Notes: generated by a model not told the origin, from the letters alone. A stretch of DNA of 64,000 nucleotides from an uncultured virus (IMG/VR IMGVR_UViG_3300042569_000394) (IMGVR_UViG_3300042569_000394); one strand, 5' to 3'; numbered from the stretch's first letter, positions 40,153 through 51,500 are shown. A program made the numbers and translations.

Positions 40153-40190
40153 AAAAAGAAAACCGCCTAGTGTGAACTAGACGGCTTTCC
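40153..40190 (-). terminator. Intrinsic terminator after the major tail gene
   Basis: GAAAGCCGTCTAGT-TCAC-ACTAGGCGGTTTTC followed by TTTTT. Confidence 0.85.
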
Positions 40191-40204
40191 CCTATATTAA
40201 GTTA

Positions 40205-40873
40205 TTAAGATGCTGCTGGAATGGTGCGGTCGATGATCTTACCGTACGATGCATCGTTGTTTGGAAGCATTCTAAATGATACTTCAAACATTGTTGCCTC
40301 GTCACGCTTTGCTGATACTGTAACATTCTCAATTGAGAGTGCACGGTAACCAACGTAGATACGTTCGATTTGCTCTTCTGGAGAACAGTCACCTGTTCCT
40401 GGACCAACCGCAACGATTCCTCGTTCGATTGGGCATTCACCCAAGTTACCTGCTGACAAGTTCAAAACTGATAGGTCTGGGTCGGTGTCGCCGTTGTCCC
40501 AGTCAGTTTCTGTACCTGCAGTTGCGTAAAGAAGGTTCTCTAGAGTTGCTTCAGCGAATGATGTGTTCAGGTTAACCTGCATTCCCTGCTTGTACAACTT
40601 AGCAACGTCAAGTAGTTGGTCAACCTGTACTTCTCCGAAGTCAGGCTGGAACTGTAGTTCTAGACCATTGCTGGTGTAACCTACGTTCTTGAAGTTTGCT
40701 GCCTTTGTTGCATCTGCTGATTGCTGTCCAGAAAATCCAGACAATGAGTCACGGAATGACTTGCCATCAACATATGCTGGTAGGTCGGTGTCAGTTAGTT
40801 CTCCATCCTTGTAGACGAAGAGTGCTGCTGCACCAACGATAATGTTGGTATTGCTACCTCTGCTGTATGCCAT
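40205..40873 (-). CDS. Major tail (tube) protein
   Basis: NIIVGAA, VGYTSNG, VDQ, FAEATLENL; own promoter (40929-40937) and terminator. Confidence 0.85.
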   Translation of the reverse strand: MAYSRGSNTNIIVGAAALFVYKDGELTDTDLPAYVDGKSFRDSLSGFSGQQSADATKAANFKNVGYTSNGLELQFQPDFGEVQVDQLLDVAKLYKQGMQVNLNTSFAEATLENLLYATAGTETDWDNGDTDPDLSVLNLSAGNLGECPIERGIVAVGPGTGDCSPEEQIERIYVGYRALSIENVTVSAKRDEATMFEVSFRMLPNNDASYGKIIDRTIPAAS

Positions 40874-40943
40874 AATTTTTCACCTCTTATTTCGTTATGG
40901 AATTGTGGGGCGTGTTTCCTCAAGACCAAGTATACCAGCCTTT

Positions 40944-41474
40944 TTAAACAATTTGGTGATAGTCGTAATCAACGATTATCTTGTTACCAGCGTAGGTTCT
41001 TGCTGTGCCAAAGTCTATAATATCCCTGGTTTCTTCTAGTTGGTACATCTTCATCTTGTGGAAAAATACAGGGTAAAACTCTGTCGGATCATTACCAAAA
41101 GAAATAGTTCCATTAGGGTTTCTTGGCAAAGACCTTATCCACTCGTTAAGTTCCTGGGCTGATTCGTCTTCCCGATCTAGCAGGTCATATGCTTTTTGAG
41201 AAACCTCTACCATAAGTTCCGAGTCCCCCTGCATCTTGTAAAAGTAATAGAGCAATTGCTCTGTTTTAATGTGTGGAAATGGACTTCTGCGATACTTAAA
41301 CATTCTGTCATAGACTGCAAAGGTTCCGTTACTTAGTGGAAATGTCTCTGTTAAAGCGTCAATGTCAGTAGGTAGCGAAGGGAAGAATGGCAAGGTGAAA
41401 TTTCCGTCAAACTGCTCTGAGATGTTTTCAGCCAAATACTTGTTAATAAAAATTGGTGGGTATGACATTGCCAT
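40944..41474 (-). CDS. Probable tail terminator/completion protein
   Basis: Position just before the tail tube; size. Confidence 0.55.
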   Translation of the reverse strand: MAMSYPPIFINKYLAENISEQFDGNFTLPFFPSLPTDIDALTETFPLSNGTFAVYDRMFKYRRSPFPHIKTEQLLYYFYKMQGDSELMVEVSQKAYDLLDREDESAQELNEWIRSLPRNPNGTISFGNDPTEFYPVFFHKMKMYQLEETRDIIDFGTARTYAGNKIIVDYDYHQIV

Positions 41475-42139
41475 TAGTCTTTACCTGCTTTCAGAATCCA
41501 TTGGTATCCTGTGGCTAGTCCTAGTGCCCTACCGCCACGTTTAGCAGATGGGAACTTGGCATCGAACTCATTAACCTGATTTAACTTGCCAAAGATTCCA
41601 GTCTGATTTAATACTGATTGTCTCAAGTATACATTAAAAAATAGATTAAAAACTCTTTCATATTCTCCCTGTGTTTGACCACCTGGGTTTTGAACGGTAA
41701 CTGCGTTTGGAGTAAATACGGTTTCTCCGTTTACGTCAAAGACTAGTTTGGTTCTGGGAACAATTGTTACTGGAGTTCCCTCTTCCATAATTCTGGCCTT
41801 GTCGTAGAAAGGAACCTTTGATCCAGCCTTTATGCTTCTAGACTGTGTAAATGATGAAGATATTGACAGACCTCCGTTGGTCACAATATAGTCAATGTCA
41901 AATAGCCTTGCCTCTGGGCTTCCAGTCTTGTGCCACTCATATACGTGGTGAAGTGATTCTGGATTTACTCTAGCGTTAGAGTCAACAAATTCTCTTAGCA
42001 TCTTAGAAAATCTTTCTCCAAAGAGTGCAAGCAGTACAGGCTTTGCCCTTTCTGCTCCCTCTAGAAATCCATTGGCATATGCCATAATAGAACTCATATC
42101 TCTGTTAAAGCCTTTTAGATCGGTTGTCATTGTTAGCAT
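41474..42139 (-). CDS. Neck/tail-completion protein
   Basis: Synteny within the head-tail joining block. Confidence 0.55.
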   Translation of the reverse strand: MLTMTTDLKGFNRDMSSIMAYANGFLEGAERAKPVLLALFGERFSKMLREFVDSNARVNPESLHHVYEWHKTGSPEARLFDIDYIVTNGGLSISSSFTQSRSIKAGSKVPFYDKARIMEEGTPVTIVPRTKLVFDVNGETVFTPNAVTVQNPGGQTQGEYERVFNLFFNVYLRQSVLNQTGIFGKLNQVNEFDAKFPSAKRGGRALGLATGYQWILKAGKD

Positions 42140-42588
42140 TATACGTCAGTCCCCTGGTTTTCTGATCTTCTCAGAACTACCTTGTAGTATTCTACAGAGC
42201 CAAATGGGTTGATAAATGGCTCGTTTGTTGCAACTTCAAATAGAGTAGACTTTCCAGATCTTGGTCCAGAAGTTTCTACATAAATCTCATTTCCGTTAAC
42301 ATCTTTGATGTTGGTTATTAGGATGTTTGTTATGGCATTCCTGTTGCTTGAACTTGATATACGAATATCTGATCTAATTCTACCTAGAAGCAATAGTTCT
42401 TTTGTAATGTTTACATTTGGCTTTACGTCTTCTCCGAATGCCGAGCCTGCTGTGGTAAGGCTACAAGCCAAAGTCTTGTCGTGAACCCATTGCTTTTTAA
42501 TGCTGCCCAGTGAGGTTTGCTCAACTATAGGGTAGAAAATATCTGCAAGAAGTGGAAAGGTAAAATCAGTAGTTTCGCAGGTAGCCAT
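42139..42588 (-). CDS. Head closure/stopper-like protein
   Basis: Synteny; start at MATCE right after the upstream stop. Confidence 0.55.
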   Translation of the reverse strand: MATCETTDFTFPLLADIFYPIVEQTSLGSIKKQWVHDKTLACSLTTAGSAFGEDVKPNVNITKELLLLGRIRSDIRISSSSNRNAITNILITNIKDVNGNEIYVETSGPRSGKSTLFEVATNEPFINPFGSVEYYKVVLRRSENQGTDV

Positions 42589-42589
42589 T

Positions 42590-43501
42590 TTACAGCACCC
42601 CAACTCTAGTAATAGACTTAGTATACTTATCAAGTATCTTATCTACAACCAAATTACCTGTTCCCTCTAGCATCTTTTTGTCAAACTGAATTCTGTACTG
42701 ATCGGTGTTATATGAAGTTACAAACTTTTTGTAATAGTCTAATCTTCCACATTTTAAGTCATCTATGAGCATTGTCGCTGCATCTACAATTGGGGTTGGG
42801 AGTCTTTTATATCCACAGTCAAGAATGAATGCAAAATCGCTTCCTATTTTAAAGTTACCGTATCTTGTATTAAGATATGCGTAGTCTGTTGGTGATAGTG
42901 GGAGATAAGCACCAAACGTATCTATGACATTTTCTAATTCGGTTGACAACTTATAGATAGCAGTCTTGTCTTTTGTTACACCATAGGTAAACACATTGTT
43001 TTCGTTTGTTATGTCATAAACAATCTCATTGTTTTCATATATTCTCAAAACAGCATTTGTGTCTTTCCATACAGGCATAAGGTCTAGGCCGTTTCCTGTT
43101 ACCTCGTAGATGCTTTTCCTATTGTAGAAGTCAACGTTGTCCATTACTGAGTCTATAATTGCTCTTGCAATTCTTTCCAATTTTGTGTATTCCGTGATTT
43201 CTGAAGCAGTAGTTCCAAGTGTGTTTGGGTTCACATATGGTCTTACTACTGTATAGGTTTCTGAGAATATAACTTCATCATCTAGAAAAAGTTCTACCTC
43301 GTATTCACTATCAAAGTTCTTGTCAAGGTGGAAGGTTAGGTCTTCTCCCCCAGATGTTTCTACAGTTGTTTCTGAGATAGAGAGATCGCTGAGATCCATG
43401 ATAGAAAGAATGTGGTCTGATTCTGGGTGAGACCCAGGAACCTGAATAGTTACCGCAATACCTTCTGAAGTAATGTTCTCAGCAATTCTCAATATCTCCA
43501 T
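42590..43501 (-). CDS. Head-tail adaptor
   Basis: ARAIIDS, GY..LPTPIVDAATML, TGNLVVDKILDKY (gp15/gp6-like). Confidence 0.7.
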   Translation of the reverse strand: MEILRIAENITSEGIAVTIQVPGSHPESDHILSIMDLSDLSISETTVETSGGEDLTFHLDKNFDSEYEVELFLDDEVIFSETYTVVRPYVNPNTLGTTASEITEYTKLERIARAIIDSVMDNVDFYNRKSIYEVTGNGLDLMPVWKDTNAVLRIYENNEIVYDITNENNVFTYGVTKDKTAIYKLSTELENVIDTFGAYLPLSPTDYAYLNTRYGNFKIGSDFAFILDCGYKRLPTPIVDAATMLIDDLKCGRLDYYKKFVTSYNTDQYRIQFDKKMLEGTGNLVVDKILDKYTKSITRVGVL

Positions 43502-43870
43502 TTACAGGCCGTACCCCTTGGCTACATCCTCTGGAGTTGCTACTGTAATGTGGTTACGAGTAAGCCACTTTTCTGCTTGTTCTTCGGTAACGATGTTGTA
43601 ACCAACCTCTACCTTGCCTACGCCATTCCAACTAACGCTTCTTGTAGATAGTAGTGCTACAGTCTTTTCTGTTGGCTTCTTCTCTACTTTTGGTGTCTTT
43701 GCTGGCTTGTCTTCTACTTCTAGAACCTCTTCTTTTACAACGGCTGGTTCTTCTACCTCTTCAGAAACAGTTTCCAAAACATCTTCGTCAGTCTTTGCTG
43801 CTAGTTCTGCTGCCTCTTCTTCAAGAAGGGCTAGAAACTCTTCTTCTTCGTTAAATAGTTCATTTGACAT
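43502..43870 (-). CDS. Acidic hypothetical protein (head-associated)
   Basis: AGGAGG RBS; TGCTATAAT at 43890-43898. Confidence 0.7.
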   Translation of the reverse strand: MSNELFNEEEEFLALLEEEAAELAAKTDEDVLETVSEEVEEPAVVKEEVLEVEDKPAKTPKVEKKPTEKTVALLSTRSVSWNGVGKVEVGYNIVTEEQAEKWLTRNHITVATPEDVAKGYGL

Positions 43871-43904
43871 AATGACCTCCTAAATTACAATTATAGCAGA
43901 ATAA

Positions 43905-43940
43905 AATAAAAAGGGGGCAGGGCCTAAGCCCCACCCCCTC
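43905..43940 (-). terminator. Intrinsic terminator after the major capsid gene
   Basis: AGGGGGTGGGGC-TTAG-GCCCTGCCCCCT followed by TTTT. Confidence 0.88.
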
Positions 43941-43958
43941 TTAAGTGGTAGTTACAGA

Positions 43959-45107
43959 CTATGAGTCTGCACCAGCGTCTGCGAATGCAACTGCATCCTC
44001 TTCTTCCCACTGAACACCAAAACGAACGAATACTGTGTATTCAATTGTGTCCTTCTTTGGCTTGTATTCACGGTTTACAGTGATGTCTCGCTGGAAACCC
44101 CAGATACGGTTCTGAGGGAATGTTAGGTCAACGTAACCTGCAGGGTAGTATGGAACTTCCTGCACGTCAATTCCTAGAACACGAGTAGTACGTGCTCCAC
44201 CGAATGTCTGACCTGCACCATCTAGGTATGCCTGACGGTTTGCTGGAGTACCTGCTGGAGTACCAGCAAATGCTTCTGCGATTGCGTCTGCAAGTGTACC
44301 GTTATTCTTGATAATACCCTGGAATGCGTCAGTACCTGCGTAGAACTTAAGATTGCTCTTAAGGGCACGGTACTTACGTGGCATAGCCAAGATAATGTCT
44401 TGCATAACTTCTGGAGTCCATGCGTTGCCTGAAACAGTTACAACTGATTCGTGAGCATCGCCGTTCTCCTTGGTCTTGTTAACAAAGCCTTCCATGATAC
44501 CAAGGAATGCACCATCGCCACTGTCTCCAGTACCGTTGATTGCAAGGTCCTCAATGTCATTTGCGAATGCATTTGTCATTAGACGTACTAGGTGGTCCTC
44601 TAGAGCACCACCTTCAATACCATCTTCTAGTGCTTCAGCAGATACTTCCCAGTCAAGACGGATCTTCTTGGTGGTAAGTTCTACCTTTGTGAATGCAGCA
44701 CCTGCGTTGGTGTAGTCACCAATTGCCTGTGTTGCAGAACGGATTACACGCTCACCTACGTTAACTTTTTCAAGTTCCATAGTGTTTGCTCTCATGGTCA
44801 CACGGCGACCATCCTTGGCGAGTACAGTAGCATCCCATACGTAATCAATGAAACGTCTTGCCTGTTCTGGACGAAGGATACCGCTCCCTGCTTCTCCCGA
44901 AGGATTGACAGCGTTTGCACCGTTTGTCACACCTGTCAGTGCTGTTGGAATGTTTCCAATTGCACCGCCATCTGTGTAGTTACCTGGAATGTTGTCTGCT
45001 GCGTCAGAACCTGATGCAAATGCACCTTGCCCCTGGTATAGACCTGGAGCGGTTCCGCCGAGATTGCCGCTAGTTCCTGGCTGATTTTTAATAATTTCTT
45101 CCGACAT
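43959..45107 (-). CDS. Major capsid protein (HK97 fold)
   Basis: GILRPEQARRFI, EVSAEALEDGIEG, FANDIEDLAING; GGAGGTGA RBS. Confidence 0.92.
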   Translation of the reverse strand: MSEEIIKNQPGTSGNLGGTAPGLYQGQGAFASGSDAADNIPGNYTDGGAIGNIPTALTGVTNGANAVNPSGEAGSGILRPEQARRFIDYVWDATVLAKDGRRVTMRANTMELEKVNVGERVIRSATQAIGDYTNAGAAFTKVELTTKKIRLDWEVSAEALEDGIEGGALEDHLVRLMTNAFANDIEDLAINGTGDSGDGAFLGIMEGFVNKTKENGDAHESVVTVSGNAWTPEVMQDIILAMPRKYRALKSNLKFYAGTDAFQGIIKNNGTLADAIAEAFAGTPAGTPANRQAYLDGAGQTFGGARTTRVLGIDVQEVPYYPAGYVDLTFPQNRIWGFQRDITVNREYKPKKDTIEYTVFVRFGVQWEEEDAVAFADAGADS

Positions 45108-45142
45108 ATTGTTCACCTCCTGAGTGATTTTTTGTTTTTTTG

Positions 45143-46480
45143 TTATCTAAATAGATCGGCAGTTTTGAGGAAACGTCCGTCCCATAGGGATTTACGAACC
45201 TGTTCTGGTTCGCTTTCCTGTACGATCTCGCCTAGATCGCCAGACTTGCGGAAAGCAGTGTCAGCCTCAACAGCGTCAACTCTCTTTCCAAACTCGTTAA
45301 AAATCTGCTTTGACTCAGTTACCTCATTTTTTACTGAATCTACAGACTTACTTAGTGCATCAACTTGCTCCTGTAGGAACTTAATAGTTGATGTTAGATC
45401 GCTAAAGGCTGATGTTAGAGTGTTCTTGATTTCTGTTACTGATTCAGCAACAGCATCTGCTTTTGATACCTCTTCGGCAACTTCAGATTTCTTGTATCCT
45501 TTGTTGTCTTCCGACTCTTCGTCTTCCATGTCGTCTGATTTCTCAGTCTTCATTTCTTCTTCTTCGTCTTCCATCTTTTCCTTCATGGACTTTTCTTCTT
45601 CATCCATGTAGTTTGCTGACTTTTCTACGTCAGTTTCGATGACAGCATCTGCCTCTGGAGCGACCTGTGCTTCTTCAACTGCAACAGTTTCTTCAACTGC
45701 TACTTCGGTTGTTGTTTCATTCATAGGACTAGCCTCCTTATTCATCTTAGTATTAATGCCTTTAGCACTATCAACTAAGAACTTTATCATGTCCATCTTT
45801 TCATTATCTGATTTTTCGACAAAACCTATATTTTGCATCTGGTTTCCTGTGGCTGGGCTAACCTCAGTTTCGTTTTCTGAAATCTTTACGATCCCAGATT
45901 CTGGATCCCAGAATACATTCTCAATCTCTACATTGATTGATTCACCCTTAATGGTATCAACACCATCTACTTTTTGAACTGAAAGAATATTTGCAAATTG
46001 ATTTGCTGGAGTATCTACTAGAGAAAGTTCCATCAGGTCATACTCCTTAATAATACGGATAGGGGCATCCATCTTTTCGTCGTACGCATCTTCGTACTTG
46101 TTCATTCTACCGCCAATAGAAAAACCTGAGAGTGTTCCATCTAGAACCTTTTCCCAGGTGTCCTGTGCTCCCTTTGAAACGTATGCAGATACGTAAACGC
46201 CAGAATAAAACTTCTTTGACTCTGGGTCAAAATACTTATCTTCTTTGAACGATACCATCTTGCCTACTGCTAGTGGCTGGTGCATTTCACGGATGTTCCC
46301 ACGGAACTTTGAAAAGGCCTTTACAGAAGCCTCTGCCGTTACGATGTCTGATTGACGATCTACGTTGTCAAGAGTGGCAAATCCAGAAACGATTCTTCGT
46401 TCCTTGTCCACTTTGCTGAACGGCATTGATAGGCGAACGTTCTCGCCTTCGGTGTCCCAATGTACTTTTGAAATAGTCAT
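45143..46480 (-). CDS. Prohead protease fused to an acidic scaffold
   Basis: VDRQSD, IREMHQ, GFSIGG, ELSLVDTPAN; acidic coiled-coil C-terminal half. Confidence 0.88.
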   Translation of the reverse strand: MTISKVHWDTEGENVRLSMPFSKVDKERRIVSGFATLDNVDRQSDIVTAEASVKAFSKFRGNIREMHQPLAVGKMVSFKEDKYFDPESKKFYSGVYVSAYVSKGAQDTWEKVLDGTLSGFSIGGRMNKYEDAYDEKMDAPIRIIKEYDLMELSLVDTPANQFANILSVQKVDGVDTIKGESINVEIENVFWDPESGIVKISENETEVSPATGNQMQNIGFVEKSDNEKMDMIKFLVDSAKGINTKMNKEASPMNETTTEVAVEETVAVEEAQVAPEADAVIETDVEKSANYMDEEEKSMKEKMEDEEEEMKTEKSDDMEDEESEDNKGYKKSEVAEEVSKADAVAESVTEIKNTLTSAFSDLTSTIKFLQEQVDALSKSVDSVKNEVTESKQIFNEFGKRVDAVEADTAFRKSGDLGEIVQESEPEQVRKSLWDGRFLKTADLFR

Positions 46481-46532
46481 AGTAGTATAATTATAAGCCC
46501 TTTTTAAACTTTGTTACTCTATTGTAACATAT

Positions 46533-48176
46533 TTATTGAACAGAGCGTCCTTCACCTTTTGGATTTCTTCCAGAAACGGTTGCAGTATTGTCCGAAGAAT
46601 TTGAACTTCTTTCTGCATCTCGCTCACGAGTCTGTCCTGTATTGGCTGTGGCATCTGCTGCCTGCCTTGCGTTCAGTTCAAGAAAGTCGTCTGCCTCTTC
46701 CATCTGAGGAAGGCCTAGGCTCTCTCTTGCTTCGTTTCTGGTCATAACCTGATTACGAACATAACGCTCAATAATCTGAGATTGTGCAATCTCGTCTGTT
46801 AGGGTTAGTTCCTTAAACTTGAGTTCAACGATATCTGTCTTTTCCTTTATGATCTTGTTAATGACCTTTTCAAAGTTACGTTGGGCTGGTCTTGCTACCT
46901 GCTCTTTAAAGGTGCGGTCTTGTGAAAGTGCTGCAGCAATTTGAGCAGAATCTCCACCACCGATTTTTGACAGAGGGACCTGGTGAGCAACAAGAATATC
47001 ATCACGGTTTCTAATCCTGTATTCATTGAACGAGGCTTCCTGTGTACCACTCTCAACTGCTTCCATCTTGAACTCTACCTTGTTGGTGTCTGAGTCTGCT
47101 GGAAGTGGAATATATAGGGTTCTGTGGTTCTGACCCTTTAGGCTTGTTTGAAGGAAGCGGAACATCTTGTCTTCTGCCTCTTCTGAAAGTTTTGCACCCT
47201 TAAGAGTTACGATGTAACGAGGCACACCCTTGTTCGTAAAGTAGTCAATGTTGTATTGCGATGCGAGAAGATCTCCCTGCAATGCTCCAATGGCAGCAAG
47301 GATGTCTGGGACACCATAGAAAGAGTTCAACGGCGAATACTGTTTGATGTGAATAATTTCGTTTGGTCTTGGGTCGCTTGTAATTGGGTTAACGTTCTTT
47401 GCCCCAAAGTTTCTAAAGTAAACAACCTTGTTACCAATAATCTGAATGTATCCATCACGAAGGCGACGGACTCGCATTGTGGTTGCAGGAATGTGTCCCA
47501 CATAACCAATCTCTCCGTTTACGGTTCTACCGATTTCAAGGTATCCGTTTCCAGTTGACTCGTAGTCTGTCCAAACCTTCATAAACGTAGATGTCATTGA
47601 CTCATCTGAGTTTAGCGACTCAAACCATTCGTTAACTTCTACCTTAGCACGTTCAATACGCTTACGTGCCTTTTCTGTTGCAGACACATTATCAGATGCC
47701 TCAAGTGCCATGAGTACTCTCTGTGTGGCTTGCATTTCGTAACCTAGTCCAACGATATTCTCTACCTTGGCATCAATGGCTGCGTGGTTTGCAAAAGATC
47801 TGTCGTAGTAGTTTGACAATTCATACAAGTTCCATGGTGGAGTGATTACGTCAAATAGACCATAGCCATTACGGTATACTCTTCCAGGATTGATCTCCTT
47901 AGATGAGGCTCCGTTAATACCGCCCCTTACAGCAAGAGCACTATCCTGGTATCCCTGAGACATTACGTCAACATTGTTATATTGCAGGGTTGATTCTACA
48001 ACTGGGTCATTGTTAAGTTTTTCAATTCTGTCTGTTCTACGCTTAAAGTTTTTCTCAATACCAGAGAAGTTTTTTAGTTCGTCCCAAGAACGATTAAATG
48101 GGTCTTGTGCCTTAAAGGTGTCATCCTGCTTTTGCAGTTCGTCAAGTCCTAGGTCACGGATGTATTGCTCTGACAT
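46533..48176 (-). CDS. Portal protein
   Basis: DYESTGNGYLEI, NEIIHIK.YSP...YGVPD, ILVAHQVP, MTRNEARESLGLP. Confidence 0.92.
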   Translation of the reverse strand: MSEQYIRDLGLDELQKQDDTFKAQDPFNRSWDELKNFSGIEKNFKRRTDRIEKLNNDPVVESTLQYNNVDVMSQGYQDSALAVRGGINGASSKEINPGRVYRNGYGLFDVITPPWNLYELSNYYDRSFANHAAIDAKVENIVGLGYEMQATQRVLMALEASDNVSATEKARKRIERAKVEVNEWFESLNSDESMTSTFMKVWTDYESTGNGYLEIGRTVNGEIGYVGHIPATTMRVRRLRDGYIQIIGNKVVYFRNFGAKNVNPITSDPRPNEIIHIKQYSPLNSFYGVPDILAAIGALQGDLLASQYNIDYFTNKGVPRYIVTLKGAKLSEEAEDKMFRFLQTSLKGQNHRTLYIPLPADSDTNKVEFKMEAVESGTQEASFNEYRIRNRDDILVAHQVPLSKIGGGDSAQIAAALSQDRTFKEQVARPAQRNFEKVINKIIKEKTDIVELKFKELTLTDEIAQSQIIERYVRNQVMTRNEARESLGLPQMEEADDFLELNARQAADATANTGQTRERDAERSSNSSDNTATVSGRNPKGEGRSVQ

Positions 48177-48553
48177 TATTCTTCATCTCCATACATAGCG
48201 ATAGTATCTTTCGCTGCCTGCACAGCACCTAGATCGTTAAGGTTTGGGATAAGTCCCTGCTTCATTCTGTCTACTTGCTCAGAATACTCTTCTTCTGAAA
48301 TTCTTGCCATGCCTGGATAAAACTCTGGGCGACCATTTGGCTGCCCAAGGCCAGAGGCTTCTCTCTTTAACTTTTCCATTTGAATGACATCTCCACGGTG
48401 TGAAGGGATGTTTAGGACGTTACCCTGACCGTCAGTGAAGGGCTTTCCGTTTTCTTTAATCCAAACATAGATGCCCCAATCATACTGTTTGTCAATTACT
48501 GTTACCTTTGAGTCACCAATCTGACCAGGGAAGCGTGGTTTTTCATTATTCAT
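48176..48553 (-). CDS. Hypothetical protein, probably leaderless
   Basis: ATG 48553 lies 7 nt after TGGTATACT. Confidence 0.7.
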   Translation of the reverse strand: MNNEKPRFPGQIGDSKVTVIDKQYDWGIYVWIKENGKPFTDGQGNVLNIPSHRGDVIQMEKLKREASGLGQPNGRPEFYPGMARISEEEYSEQVDRMKQGLIPNLNDLGAVQAAKDTIAMYGDEE

Positions 48554-48571
48554 AACCAATAGTATACCATA

Positions 48572-51500
48572 TTATGATGGCTTCTTGGTAAACGTAACAG
48601 GCGTTATCCTTCTATATGTCCTAAATCGATATCCAGACAACCTAACACCATCGTCATCATCAAATATTGTTTTGTTTGTTCCAACATAGGCCTTAAATAT
48701 TTCTGGCAAATTAATGCCCAAGGTGCTAATCTGTCCAATTACAAGAACATTGTTCCATGAGAACGTTCCTAGGGATGATAGGCTGCCCTTCCAGTCGTCC
48801 CAATCTAATTGCTCATTTGTAATTGTTTCTTTAACCCTATCCCAAATTCTAAAGGTGGTAAGGATTTTTTCCTGAAGACCAGTTGACTGGTAGTATGATA
48901 GGTGATTTACCAAGATAGGTCCATTGATCCTAAATGCCCCAGAGAAACTATTTAGATTAAGTTTTGCAGGAAATGAGATGCCTAGCATTGACCACTGCTT
49001 AGTTGAGATTGTTGGACTTTTAACAAGTTTTCCGTTTATGTAGAATGCTATTCCATTTTCCTCAAGGCCAGTGTTTGAGTTGATTGCGTAGATCTTTGCT
49101 CTTTTACCATTTGGATGTGTTGCAACTAGATAAAACTTGATATACGCATCTTTAGACTGTATCTCAAAGATTGGTGTTGATGAGTATGGGAAGAAGTCTC
49201 CGCTATATTTGAGCAGCACCTGTACCGCTGCCACATCGGCTTTTGACGCTAACTTTGGGTTTAGTGGAACTGTTAGGCCTCTGTTTATTAATGGCTCGTA
49301 GTCACCCACCAACTCAATTCCAGAATTTCTGCTCAGGAATAGGTATGGTGTGCTTCTTTTGTATATCCTAAATGGATTGACCCTTTTGTAGTTAAAGTAT
49401 ATTCCGCTCTTAGTGTATGGATATAGTGGCACTCCAAACTTTGTTCCAACTGCCGTTGGCAGTTTGTTGTCCAATGCCTGAGAGGTTAGTTCTATGCTAG
49501 GAATTGATGCTGGCTTTGTTCTTACCCCATCTGAAATCATCTCTACGTGAACGACAATGGCTAGATCAGAGAACTTTACAGATCTTGGTGGGTAGATAAC
49601 GGTTCCATCAATTACTTCATACTTTGTGTTTACCCACTCGTCACCTGCCTTAATTAAGTTGTTTGTGCTAACGTTTTCGGTATTAACATAGGTTTCTATT
49701 GGGGTGTTTGCCCCAGTGCTAACATATTGAAATGTCACATAAGTTTTTGTTGAATATAAACTTGTGTCATATACATACTGGGTTTTTGTTCTATTCTTTA
49801 GATCTTCGTAAGATGGATATCCACTGAAAAGTTCATTGTCAAGTTCTGCATAGGTATACTGAGTTGGTGTGCCATACTCTGCCTGTAGTTCTCCATAGGT
49901 CCAGGTGTCCGTGTCTGTCTTTTGCTCCAGGAACTTTCCTGGTGATGGGTATCCAATATTAAACTGAATGAAGTCAAGGTCGTAATAGTCTCCGCCTTCT
50001 GCTCCCCTTACGTATTTAGCAAAGTGAGATAGCGGAACATAGTCTTCCCAGATTGAGTGTGTAGATACGTCCAAAACAAAGTTGCCAAAGAATGTCTTAG
50101 GGCTTAGTCTATAGGTTGCAACGTATGAGTAAAACACGTCAGACATTACTGATAATGGATCTCCACCATCTAGAACCGTTGTCCAGTAATCTGAGTTATT
50201 TCCAAAATAACTATTTCCTGCGTCATAGACAATATCTTCAAATTCGTTTTTGTCGATTGCTACGCCGTCTTCAGAAAACATAAAGCCTATTGCTTTTGCG
50301 TTTCTTCTCGTAGATAACGAGAAATTATACACATTTCCAAGGTAGGTGTTTTCAAATGTATTGTCTCCAGCAATGAATATCTCAAAGTTATTTCTATTAG
50401 CAAAAAATTGAATAAGTTCTTGACCATAATATGAAGAAACCTTGTCCAGATCTATGCCAGCAACGAACATTTCTGTAGCAAGGTTTACAGGAACCGTTTT
50501 TATTGTTGATTCAGATGTTCCATTGTAATACTTATATAGCACATCTTCATCCTGTGTAACAATACTGAAGTAGTTTCCAGAAGACTTGTCCCTTATCTTA
50601 ATAAGAATTTGTTCTAATGACGATGTTTGCAATGTTTTGAATATTCCATAAACTGTTTTTAGTTGATCAGATATAAAAGAAATACTGTCAAGATACAGGT
50701 AGCCATAGACGGTTTCCCAACTTGTTCCAGGCCTCATCTTGAAATATGTTTCAGCCTCGTAGTTATTTAGTGCCTGGTCTTCTAACCACAAGGTGCTAGA
50801 GCCAGAAGAAAGGACTATCTCTGGTAGCGGATGTAATGGGCTAGCAATTGAATTTTGAGTAAAACTAATATTGTCCGATATACCACTTGTCCATGGACTG
50901 TTCTTGGGGAATACAAAGTTTGCTGCATAGTTTGAACTTTGATAATCTATTGCCACAGTCTTTCCATCATATGCAGAATTTAGGTTTTCTGGATATTCAA
51001 CGTTTTGTCCATATACCCATTTTCTTTTAGCCAAGGTTTTGTCAACATCGTATGGATAAATTCCAACGCAGTCTAGGTCAATTGCTACGTCTGGTGTGCA
51101 ATAGAAACCAATCCAATCCTGATCTTTTCCTGATGCACTGAGTTTATCTGGCAAGTAGGTGTTAATCTCATCAAACTCAATGCTGATTAGTTCTTCTGTG
51201 TTTACGACTAGGGCAAGTCTGCCTGGGAAGTATTTTAGATGAACAAGCATTGGCCTTCCCCATTCTGGAACAGGTGCAGACTTAACGTTTTCAGAAATCT
51301 TTAGGTAGAATCTTTCATGGTCTACATAGATACCATCGTTAGAACCAACTGGCCCAACAACTCTTTGTGGCGTTGTTGACGAAGAATCAATTCTCATCCA
51401 TGCCTCAAGCGTGTAGGTGGTGTGCTTTCCAGTATCGTTTAGCATTCCGCTTGCTGGAATAATTACAGACGGTAGCCCAGCATTATCTATCAATCTTGTT

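Noticed and set aside
44960..45030. FASGS and YTDGG in the capsid N-terminus as copies of the tape-measure linker motif
   Set aside because: Partial matches in a Gly-rich region; probably chance
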